DNA from: the human T2T-CHM13v2.0 reference genome, Homo sapiens
Reading direction: 5' to 3' (one strand)
Length of the DNA: 64,000 nucleotides
NCBI RefSeq assembly: GCF_009914755.1
Contig: NC_060930.1
Part shown: positions 43,687-56,103 of the stretch, in pieces
Position numbering within the stretch: position 1 is the first letter of the stretch
How the letters are laid out: each line of letters starts with the position of its first letter
Translations under genes and position numbers: made by a program
The notes under the pieces: model-generated
What the model was told of the DNA's origin: nothing
Seen by the model: the letters and a program-made list of their open reading frames with translations, nothing else
Databases searched by the model: none

Positions 43687-43995
43687 AACCAGATGCAGTG
43701 GCTTATGCCTGTAAGCTCAACACTGGAAGGCTGAGGTGGGAGGGTCACTTGAGGCCAGGAGTTCCAGATCAGCCTAAGCAACATAATGAGACCTTACCTC
43801 TACAAAAAATATACAAAAAACAATTAGCTGGCTATGATGGTACATGCCTGTAATCCCAGATAATCAGGAGGCTGAAGCAGGAGGATCACTTGAGCCCAGA
43901 AGTTCAAGGTTGCAGTGAGCTGTGATCACAAATGGCATTCCATCCTGGGCAACAGAGCAAATTCCCTTCTTTTAAAAAAATTAATAATAATAATA
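43687..43995 (+). mobile_element. AluJ
   Basis: GGATCACTTGAGCCCAGAAGTTCAAGGTTGCAGTGAGCTGTGATC, AluJ right arm; (TAA)n tail. Confidence 0.9.
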
Positions 43996-44446
43996 CTTGT
44001 AGGAAAAAGATAAAATCATCAAAATCCATTTGAATAGGAGGTTTATTCAAAATATTAACACCCGGGATACTTTTATTTTGCTTAGAATTTATTCTCTTTC
44101 ATATCCTACTGTGAAATTCCTACCTGGACTCACTTTATATTTAATCCAAACTCTTTTTTAGAGTTATAAATTCAATCAGGAAAATCAAAACCTGATGGAA
44201 GGCAAAGACAAAGTTAGAATAATATTAACCATTTTGTATTTAATAAGAAGGAACTAAAATTATCCATAATTTTATGAATATTGTATACAAACATGTTTTC
44301 TCAATATAAAAAATGTATACAAACATTTTTCAAAAGAAACCAAATAGACTAATCTTATAAGAATCATGTGGAATAAAAATAAATTACAAAATCTACATAT
44401 AGCATAAAGATAAATCTAGATAAAGAGAAGAAAAACTATGTTCCTA

Positions 44447-44821
<375 letters not shown>

Positions 44822-44969
44822 TTAAATTTTCAAATATATAAATATATTGAATGATGTAATTACAATAGAAATCTTAGTGGTAGAGTTCTTCTGTTCAATC
44901 AAATTTATAAGTCCTTTTAATTGCAAAGAATGGTCATAAACTCTGGGAATAAGCTGTAACTTTGAAAAA

Positions 44970-45340
44970 GACCATTGCCATCTTCATGGAGTTTACAAAC
45001 TAACAAAAGAAACAAAAAGAACACATAAAATAACTTCAAGTTATTATAAATGCTAAAAAATAAATGAGATGCAGAGATGGAGAAAAATAGGGAATGTGCG
45101 TTATCAACTTTATTAGGATTCTCTAGGAAGACTCCTCTAGAAGGTGTTATTTAAGTGAAAACCCAAGTAATAAGAAGCCTTAAAAAGAAATGGAGAGACC
45201 ATGTTCCAGGCAGAGAAAATAACTTATGCAAAGTTCCTCAAACTGAATGAGTTTGTTGTGCTCAAAAACTAGAAGGATTTCGTGAACGAATCATAGTAAG
45301 GGAGAGAATAATGTGAGATAGAGATGGAAAAATAGGTAAG
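44970..45340 (-). mobile_element. L2 fragment
   Basis: CTTCATGGAGTTTACA..ATGTTCCAGGCAGAGAAAATAACTTATGCAAAG. Confidence 0.55.
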
Positions 45341-45491
45341 TTATAGTAGACATTACTAATACATACATAAATAAGCATTAAATATATAACATACATAATA
45401 TATATTATATGTAACATAAAAAGAACACATACGTATATACTCACACCAGTGAACAACTAAGTAAACAACAATATAAACAACTATATGTTTA

Positions 45492-45497
<6 letters not shown>

Positions 45498-45523
<26 letters not shown>
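45498..45523. repeat. (TG)13 microsatellite
   Basis: Read directly. Confidence 0.95.
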
Positions 45524-45524
<1 letters not shown>

Positions 45525-45559
45525 ATACATTTTTTCTTTCTTTCTGGGTATATAGATGG

Positions 45560-45900
45560 AGTCCACTTCCAAGTCTATTTTATTTAATGTAGACATGATC
45601 ACATAACACATTTCAGCAAATAACATGTGAATGGAAATAATGTGTCACTTTCAAGCATAATTATTTAAGAGTTTAACGTGTGGTTTGTTATGTACTGTTT
45701 TCCTCTATGTACAATCTGAAGGCTGTCTGAAAAGGGAGTGTCAAAAGATGGTGGACCCTCCATAGGTCTGGATCCCTGAGTGACTATGTAAAGCAGGGAT
45801 TCCCCTGCTGACTCTTATGGGATACATAATGCATAGAATTAATTTTAATTGGTAGACTACACATCAGCATCTTATTTCATCTACTCTCACCTAAGTCACA
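45560..45900 (+). mobile_element. MLT1I/J-like LTR
   Basis: TGTGTCACTTTCAAGC..AAGATGGTGGACCCTCCATAGGTCTGGATCCCTGAGTGACTATGT. Confidence 0.65.
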
Positions 45901-46039
45901 AAAATGTTAAATACATATTAACATTTCCTATTTCCCCTGCACAAATGACAGCCACTATTTGAACTTTCAGCTACTATGCAGTGAATCTTTTCATTGCACT
46001 TTGGAAAATTATATGACTTCTCTATCAATAAATGAAGTT

Positions 46040-46209
46040 ATTAGAATGAATAGATTTTGCTGTGCTAACAAAATAATATGCCAGTGTATGCAAGAGAAAA
46101 TAAGAAGTGGCTCAAAGTAACAAAGGTAAATTTCTCATTTCACTATGTATCCTATATGAGTCAGCAGGGGAATCCCTGCTTTACATAGTCACTCAGGGAT
46201 CCAGACCTA
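46040..46209 (-). mobile_element. MLT1I/J-like LTR 3' fragment, inverted relative to 45560-45900
   Basis: TTTTGCTGTGCTAACAAA..AGTGGCTCAAAGTAACAAAGG..TTTCTCAT, then a 52-bp arm identical to 45763-45814. Confidence 0.7.
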
Positions 46210-46939
46210 AATATAAAATTATATAATTAGAATATATGCACACCACTCAATGAACAACTAACTAACAACAAAGACAAAGAAGATCTGAACATTATCAATA
46301 ACTTGATCTAATTAATATTTATACAATGCCATAACCAGTAACTGCAGAATTCATACTCCTTTAAAATACACATGGTATATTCATAAATGCACATAGTATA
46401 CTCACAAAGATAGACTATTTGCTGAGACTTAAAACAAGTCTTAGTAAGTTTAAAATGATTGAAATCAGAGATTTTATCTGACCACAAAATAAAAAATAGA
46501 AATAATTAAATTACATAAGAAAACCCCTAATATTTAGAAATTAATAACAAACTTCTAAATAATTGATGTGTCAATAAAGATATCACAAAAGAAGTTATAA
46601 AATATTTTCAATTAAACAGTAATGAAAATACATCTCACAATTTGTGGGATAAAGCTAACACGGTGTGTAGAAGGCAGTTTATAGATTTGAAGGGTTATTC
46701 AGAAAAAAAAAGTGTCTAATCCTATGTCCTATAGTCCTACCTTAAAAATACGTAAAAAGAAGAGTAAAATGTACTCAAAGTAAGTTGACAGAAGAAAATA
46801 GTAAAGGAAAAAGCAAAAATAACTGAAATAGAAACCAGACAATAGAAAAAATTAACAACTTCAAAAGTTAGTCCTATGCAAAGATTAAAATTGACTTTAT
46901 CTATTTTGGCTGCTATAAAAAATACCTTAGACTGGATGA

Positions 46940-46994
46940 TTTTTTTTTGAAACAGGGTCTCACTCTGTTATCTAGGCTGGAGTGTAGTGCTGCT
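46940..46994 (-). mobile_element. Very short 5'-truncated AluJ/FRAM 3' end inside the MaLR LTR
   Basis: T-run then GAAACAGGGTCTCACTCTGTTATCTAGGCTGGAGTGTAGTG; ACTGGAT on both flanks. Confidence 0.75.
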
Positions 46995-47174
46995 ACACTG
47001 GATAAATTATAAATAAGAGACATTTATTGCTCACAGTTCTGGAAGCTAGGAAATCTAAGATCAAGATGCCAGGAGATTTGGTGTCTGGTGGGGGCCTGTT
47101 GCTCAAAAGGCACCTTCCAGCTGTGTCCTCACATGGCAGAAGGAAACACAAGCTTCTTTAATCCTCTTTATAAG

Positions 47175-48156
<982 letters not shown>

Positions 48157-49789
48157 TAATGATGCTAATTCTGTTTCTGAGGGCTCCTCCCTCATGACCT
48201 AATTGCCTCCTGAAAGCCCTATATCTTCATATTATTGCAATGAGAGCTGGGTTTCAACACATGAATTTGTGGCAAACACTAACATCCAGTTCGTAACATT
48301 CCACCCCGACCCCTCAAAATTCGTGTTCTTCTCACATGCAAAATACATTTCATTCTATCCCTACAGAGCCAAGAGTTTTAACCTGTTCCATTATCTACTT
48401 AAAAGTCCAAAGTCTTGAGTCTTATTTAAATATCATCTAAAGCAAATATGAGTGAGACTCTAAGATTCATCCTGAGGCAAATTCCCTCCACCAACAAACC
48501 TGTACAATAAAACAATTTATATGCTTTCAAAATATCATGGAGGGACAGGCATGGGATAGACATTCCCATACCAACAGAAATAAGTAGGAAAGAAAAATCT
48601 AACAGGTCCTAATCAAATCCAAAACCCAACAGGAAAAACATTAAATATTAAGGCTTCAGAATAATCTTCTTTAACTCAAAGTCTCAACTTCCAGACACAC
48701 TGTGGTAAGTGTTGGGGCTCTAAGCTAAGCTTAATATTAAGGCTTAGTGCCCCAACCATCATTGCTTTGCTGAGTACAGCCCACACTGAAGTTCTCAAGG
48801 GTTGGAGTCAAGTATCTGCAGCTCCCTCAGGTTTGAGTTCCCCACCAGTGGCTTTACTAGTTTGGAGTCAATGGGGCAGCCTCCACAGCTCCACTAGGCA
48901 TTGCCCTAGGGGGGCTCTCTACAGTGGTTTTATACCCATAGCTCCACTAGGCATTCTCCTACTGGGGGTATCTGTGGTGGCCCCACCCCTGCCCTTGTTA
49001 TAGTTCTTTCCCTGGGTCTTGAAGCTCTCTAGGGAATCCTTTGAAATCTAGGTGGAATACCCACACTCCCTCAGCTCTTGCACTCTGTGTCCTGGTGAAG
49101 ATAGCACCATGGGGATGCCACCAAGATTTACAGCCTGTGCTCTCCAGAGGAGTGGCCACTGTGGCATGCACCATTCCTGAGCCCATTGGAGCCACATCTA
49201 GGGTGGTCAAGGAGAGCTACACCAGTATGTGGGAAGCAGGGATACAAAGGAGAACTGGGCAGCAAGCTCTGACGTGCCTGAGGCCTCACTTTTGACATCA
49301 TTCTGTCTACCTCGGCATGCTGGACCTGTGATGGAAGTGGCAGCCCCAGTGACCTATGAAATGCCTCGGGAGTCATTCTCCTCCCATTGTCTTGATAAAT
49401 GGCCCCTGGTTTTCACAGTTCTGTATCAATCTCCTTATCAAACTGTCAATCTAACCACACCCTTGCTGTTCTTTCCCAAATATACTTACTTTTTTTTGTT
49501 TATAATACAGCCAATCTCAGAATTGTGTTCGATCATAAATTCCATCTTCAGATTATTTCTCTCTTCTCATTTTTTATTTTTACTTATTAGCAGTCAAGAG
49601 AAACCATGCCACTCTCAACATATTTCTTAAAGACTTTTTCTGCCAGATATCCAATTCCATCACTCAAAATTCTAAGGTAAGGACATAAACACAATTCAGC
49701 CAATTCTTTGCCACTTTATAATAGGGGTCACCTTTCCTCTAATTTCTAATTACACGTTCCTCATTTCTCTCTGTAACCTCATCAGATTA

Positions 49790-50010
49790 CTGTTGGTAAA
49801 ACTTCTTGCCAAAACCGGGAGCCACCCTCCATAAGAGGAAGGCAAGATCAACCCAAAAAGGGGGCAGATCACTCCAGGTTGGTAGACAGTCAGATTTATT
49901 CAGGACAACTTACATATATGGCAGTTTTGGGTGGCAACAAAACCAGGTATATTTACATGCTTTCAACACACACCTGTCTAGTCTTTCATAAGATGAAAAG
50001 TAAAGGGCAG
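49790..50010 (-). mobile_element. Possible ERVL-type LTR fragment (LTR47-like) replacing the MaLR 5' internal region
   Basis: Non-MaLR segment AAGGGGGCAGATCACTCCAGGTTGGTAG; family assignment from memory only. Confidence 0.35.
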
Positions 50011-51359
50011 GAGAAAAGGGAAAAGCAGGGAAATCACCCTCATGACCTAATCACCTCCCAAAGGCACCATCGCATAATACTATCAAACTTAATACTATCA
50101 GATTTCAACATATAAATTTGGGGGGACAAAAACATTCAGACGATAGCATTGGCCAACTGGTAGCTAGACTGCTGAGAGAAAGACAGAGGGAGACAGAGAA
50201 AGAGAGAGGTAACATTTTGTTTCAAAAAACAATAGAGAACACTAATTTTTTATTAAAATACCAAACCTGATGAAGACTTCACAAAAATGTGTACACCAAT
50301 ACCCCTCCTAAACATAGATGCAGAAATTCTTAAGTAAATATTAGCAAACCAAATCCATTATGAACAAATACATATACAGCATAACCCACTAGGGTTTAGA
50401 CCAAGAATGAGAAGTTGACTTAACAGTAAGAAATCAATGTAATTCATATTAAGATAATAAATATAAATAATATAAACATTTCAACATATAAAAATTGACA
50501 AAATTCAATACCCAATCATAATTTTAAGACCCTCAGCATACAAAGAATATCAGGAAGCTTTCTCATTCTAATAGAGACATACATGAAATATCTATAAATA
50601 TCATGCTTAAATGGTGAAAGTTGAGCATGGCTATTGGAGGGCATGGAGAAAACAGACAGGTAAGCTCTAGACTGACACCTATGAGTCCTAAAGTAAAGAG
50701 GTCTTTACTCATGTTGGGCATGAAGATCAATTTAAACTGTTTTCTGCTGAGATCTTTCCTCCTTTCTGCTTCTCTCTCAGACCTAAGTATTCACTCTAAG
50801 AGCACATTCCAGATACATTATTACATTTAGAGAAAAAGTCCAGGGGATGGGAGTGCATATAGACAAGCAATCTTTAAGCTAATAACTCCTCCATACACAA
50901 CACTTGCCTTTGTATGTGCTGAATCTAAGCTTGAAATATCCCTGGAATTGTTTCTATCACATCTGTGATAGTTTTCCCAATTGTTTTGGCCTGTGTTTTT
51001 ATCTTTTCTCTAAAATTCCAATGCCATCTGCTTTTATTTTCAGGAATTCCTAAAAATATCTTGTGAGCTGATGGCTTTCTTTCCTTTCCTTTATACCATG
51101 TTGCTCTAGGTTCATTTTTAAAATATATTTTTATAAGTTTAAAGATTTTAGATGAGGAGGCATAAAAACATATCTCAGTCGGCCACACTGATTCAATTTT
51201 TAATGAATAATTTTCAAGATTTATAAGATGCAGTGAAATTGGAATTTTTAGTCAAGGTTATTAGGAATGAAAACAAATGAATGTAAACTTTGTATAAATT
51301 GTTACAAAAAAACAAAACAAATGAGGCATACAAGCATGCAATTTTGTAATATATATAAA

Positions 51360-51830
51360 TACATTTTTAACATTCATTTATTTTGACTCAGTAATATCCC
51401 TTTGTAGGAATTTATACCAAAAAAATCAGATTCATGAGCAAGGATATTCACTCTGGCATTAGGTATGAATGTCAAAAAAGGCACTTCCAAGATATCCAAC
51501 ATAAAAAAAATGGTTAAATAATTTTGGCACATCTCCATCATAAAATAGCAGGCAGAAATGAAAAGATCATTTCAAAAATATTTAATCTTGTGTTAAAATG
51601 TTTATAACTGACAAAATAAAGTCTGAAATATTATAGACAGTAATGTGTCTACTTTTTTCATATATTTAATTACATGTGCACATTCTTAAAGGACCTGAAA
51701 GAAATCTATTAAAATGTAGTTGGTACCAGGTTGTTGAATTACTTTAATCATGGTATATTACTGTTTCTTTCATGAGCTTTTTTTTATTTTCCAACTTTCT
51801 AACATAAGCACATACTATTATAGTTGGAAA
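51360..51830 (+). mobile_element. L1ME 3' relic
   Basis: TTTGACTCAGTAATATCCCTTTGTAGGAATTTATACC..TGGTTAAATAATTTTGGCACAT. Confidence 0.55.
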
Positions 51831-52125
51831 AAATACACAAGCATAAAAAGATCACTTTTTAAATGAAGGTGAGTTTATATTTAATAATTGGCCAAAATAA
51901 CTCATTCCTCAAGCTTCCAGTTAATAAAGATCAGGGCTCTGTTTATTATCTTATTTAGAATGAGAACTATTCAGTCTCTCTTCATTAAAATTGGATTTTC
52001 AAAGTAATTTCTGGTTAGTTCTATTTTGTCTTGATGATGCCTATTATCATCACTGTATAGGGACTCCTTCAAAATTTTCCTCATGCTACTGAGGATTAAT
52101 ACAAAGCAACTCCACAAATTGTAGA

Positions 52126-52279
52126 TTAACAATCACTGGGCTCTTTGGATAAAGTAATGTTGCACTCTGCTTTTCATCCTAGTGCTTAACTAATGAGCTT
52201 TTTTAACAATCACTGGGCTCTTTGGATAAAGTAATGTTGCACTCTGCTTTTCATCCTAGTGCTTAACTAATGAGCTTTT
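52126..52279. repeat. Perfect 77-bp tandem duplication
   Basis: 52126-52202 is identical to 52203-52279. Confidence 0.98.
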
Positions 52280-52689
52280 GAAAACTTAAAACTAAAAGCC
52301 TTAGAACTGTGGTCCTTTGTGGCTTCTCTTGTCTGTCCTGAATGATTAAGTGGCTTATTAAGACAATTAAGTTTGGACCTCTAACTAATCGTTTTTATGA
52401 GACACAATATCCTATTAGACAACCCTGAATCTTGTGGGACTTTTTTTATTCAAAGCTTCTGCTAAATTATGATAATGAGAACCAAAAAGCCATAGTAATT
52501 AATTATCATGGATTAGCTCATTTAAAGTAGCATCTCTTTTCTTTTTCCTCCCAGCCTTCATCTCTCTCATGCCAGAACTAGGATACGGACAAAAAGTTGT
52601 GGTAAGAAATCAATTTCTCTGTTTTTGTTTAAGGTGATCCAGTTTTGTAGACATGGCTCTTAATAAAGAGACACCCCTGCCATGTATCT

Positions 52690-52922
52690 GGCCGACTTAC
52701 TATCCAAAGGGCCTCAGCTTAAATGTCACCCTTGAGGAAGGTCTCTCAAGCTCCCCATCTGTTATCACAATCACACATGGTCATTTGTTTGATTATATAC
52801 ATAATGAGTGTCTTCCACACTAAAATGTTTTACGAGACCCTATCTGCCTTGTACCCCATTGTACCTCCAGTTCAGCATCTGACACAAGGTAGGTGCATGA
52901 TAAAAAAAAATGTCATGAATGG
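52690..52922 (+). mobile_element. L2 3' end
   Basis: CTCAGCTTAAATGTCACC..CATCTGACACAAGGTAGGTGC. Confidence 0.6.
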
Positions 52923-53055
52923 GTTAACTGTAAGTCATCTTCTCCATCTTATCATAGTTTAAATACGCAAAATGGGAGTATTTTGTAAAAATAAATTATA
53001 GTCAATCATTAGCTTTCGGAACCTTTTAAAAAAATTTCTTTAATTCTATATGCAA

Positions 53056-53290
53056 GGCAGAGTAACCTAATTGGAAGGGCACTGGATGAGTGTTTGAAGA
53101 CACAGCTGTTTGTGCTGGCTGTCATTTCTTAGTCATGAGATCTTGGCTAATCTCTTAAATTCTCTGAGCCACAATTTCCTAATCTGCAAACTGAAGATAA
53201 TAATACTTCTCCTGCATGCTTCACAGAGTTACTGAAAGGATCAAGAGAGAATTAATGTGAAATTTCCTTATAAACTCTAAAATACTAAGC
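53056..53290 (+). mobile_element. MIR
   Basis: TCTTGGCTAATCTCTTAAATTCTCTGAGCCACAATTTCCTAATCTGCAAA. Confidence 0.75.
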
Positions 53291-53588
53291 CAAAGTAAGT
53301 GGTGTCATTCTAACAGCTTTTATGTATGAAGGCTGCTTATTTTTATTGATTGCCTCTCCATACACATACATAAAGTACTTTTAGGTAAAGATGAAAGCTA
53401 TTACAGTACTCTGTTATAGCCCACCTCATTAATAGATCATTGAATAAACCACTAATCTATCACTTAAATAATGGACTATACAGCTAAAGCATAATAAAAA
53501 AGAGTTTTGATCAAGCTTTGAGTAGTGTTTTTCAAGACAGACAAAGAAGAAAATGCAGTTTTTCTCTCTCTCTCTCTTGCTCTCTGTC

Positions 53589-53623
53589 TCTGCATGTAAA
53601 TCTATCTGCATGTAAATCTATCT
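53589..53623. repeat. Perfect 16-bp tandem duplication
   Basis: (TCTGCATGTAAATCTA)2 TCT. Confidence 0.9.
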
Positions 53624-54693
53624 CTGAGGTTTCAGAGTTGCATTATGGTGATAAAATCAACAAGCAATTGGTTCTGGCCATAAAACACATAAGCTTAAGG
53701 ACCTACAAGTCAGCAATTTGAGAGTCAAATCCATCTTTCATGGGTGGATTTCACTCAGCTAATAGACAGAGAATGATGTATAAAATCATAATGCCAACTT
53801 ATAAATTTATAAATAGAAATATGGTTGTCATACCTCCTTAAACACTGACATCGGCATAACCACCTCTTCTCTCCCAAAGGCAGATCATTAAGGAAAGTCA
53901 AACTTTAATGGGAAGGGTCCTCAAGAAGCATAAAATCACAACAGAAGTAAGTTACATTAGTCAGATGATGGTCCAAAGCACCATGTCCACAATAAAACCA
54001 TTGGCCAATATGTTCTTTCTGTATTTAGACTGGACACAGCTAATGTTTGTTCTTCTGGGTCAATTGTTTCTGACTTTATTGCTGAATAGTGTCTCCTTTG
54101 ACTGTTAATTTTCCTTTAGGTTTATTTATTTATTCAGTCAAGTCTTGCTCTGGCCCTGCCAGTAAATCCATTTTTTTCCAAGTGGTCACATATCTCTGTT
54201 ATGATCTACTATCCATTGATTTTATAATTTAATTCTCAGAGAATAATCTCATTCCTCCTACTTACAAGATCTCAGGGGAACTTCATGTGCCACTTAATGT
54301 GCCCCCATGTACCACTTTCAATAAAAACAAGAAATAAAAACATTAGCCAGACATGAATTGAGCTGTCTGTTGCTCATAGGACATTGAATTATGAAGCCAG
54401 CACTTAAATACAGAAAGACAAAAGAGTCAGCATTTAAAATGATGTTTGTCCAAAGTTATATTAAAACAAGACTAGTAAAGAACCCAAGGGATTTTTTAAA
54501 TGTGACCTGTCTTGACAAATTATTCAACCAGATTTTAAGAAACATGGAGTAGCTTTTAAGGCATTAATGTGTTTAATGAAGTAGAAAAAGAAATGAAAAA
54601 TCAATTTCTTACAACTTATTAATTCATACTAAGAGACTGATTTCCATTTATAATTCACTATTATTAATCTCTTTCATTGATATCTGACTGGGC

Positions 54694-54751
54694 AATTATA
54701 AAACAACACTCTTGATAAGCTAATTATAAAACAACACTCTTGATAAGCTAA
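54694..54751. repeat. Perfect 28-bp tandem duplication
   Basis: (AATTATAAAACAACACTCTTGATAAGCT)2 AA. Confidence 0.95.
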
Positions 54752-56024
54752 GTATCATTAATTGTAACAAAAAATGGAAAAATATTGAAAACATACTTGG
54801 ATTACCAACTACCTTGTGAATAAGGCTTAAACTATTTTAAAAACAATACAGGCCATGTGCAACCCAAATATCTACACATTTTATAATTGGGATAAAATGT
54901 GAAGAAAAACATTCCAGGAGCACATACATCAAGAAATAGGTTTTTATTTGTTATAAATTTTCATAGATTATGCTGCTTTAGTGACATTTAGGAAGAGAGA
55001 CATTAGAATACACAATTAATGCAATCCAGGTTATTGCCATGAAAAGTACATTTGATATCTAATTTTATAAATCTCTATTTTAGAAAAATGTGTTCCCATT
55101 CCTAACAGATATCTCCAAAGGAGAGTAGAATCTTTTTTAATAAAAGATAAAAAAGAAGAAAAAATGTACTGATATAAGATCAACACAGCAGAGAGAGAAA
55201 GAGATGCAGTTTTGTCTCCATCTTAAGCAATATAGAATTTTAGTGGCATTTTATAATTACTATCACACTTGTTGTTGAAATAGGCATATATGGCCCAGAT
55301 AATTGCCAGCAGCATGCTTACCTTTGAGTGTAACTCAAGCTCATTTCACTATTTGTTTGTTTCCTGACTCATTCCAAAACAGATTTATGTTTAGCTTTGT
55401 GCCATTTTGAATGTGTCAAAAGAAAGCATACAAACACCCAAAATCCCACACCTTAATGGAAAGTTACTTTGTAATATCTTTGTAGCATAGTTCTTAATCC
55501 AAATTAAGCTAAAACTTTCAAACATTAAAATCTATAAATGTTTGGAGTGCAGGGCATTGGAGGTATTTAACAAACATGAATTCCTAATCTAGATGTTTTC
55601 TCCTTGAAACCAAGCATGTTCCAGGACTACTATCCCACCACCTCTCAGCTTCTGCTAACAGAATGTGACTTGGTTTTGCTAGTCATCCAAGTTGTCAGCA
55701 TCATGAACTAAAAATACATATAGATTTTAGATTAGCTGTTGTTTGAGATCCTTGTTTTTATTATTTCAATTAAACTTTTGTAAAGTGTTTGGCTCATGTC
55801 TTTGTGTTATGGCCTATGGTAGGGAAAAAAACCAACAAAAAGACATACTCTCTACTCTCAAGAAGCTCCACGTCTACTGGGAAACACAGATGCCATCAGT
55901 TCAAATGGCTGTAATACAAAACATGATGATAGCGATGACTAAAATAAATATCATTGGTTGAACACTTACTATGACATAGATACATTTTAAAGAATTTTGC
56001 AGGTATTTCCTACTCAATGAAGTA

Positions 56025-56103
56025 TTAGGTTGGAGCAAAAGTAATCCAGTTTTTGCCATTATTTTCAATGGCAAGACCTGCAATTACTTTTGCACCAACC
56101 TAA
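56025..56103. mobile_element. MADE1 (Hsmar1-derived MITE) inserted in a MIR
   Basis: 79-bp palindrome TTAGGTTGGAGCAAAAGTAAT...ATTACTTTTGCACCAACCTAA with TA TSDs (56023-24, 56104-05). Confidence 0.95.

Noticed and set aside
52126-54751. Direct repeats as a CRISPR-like array
   Set aside because: Only two adjacent copies each, no spacers, no cas genes, primate DNA
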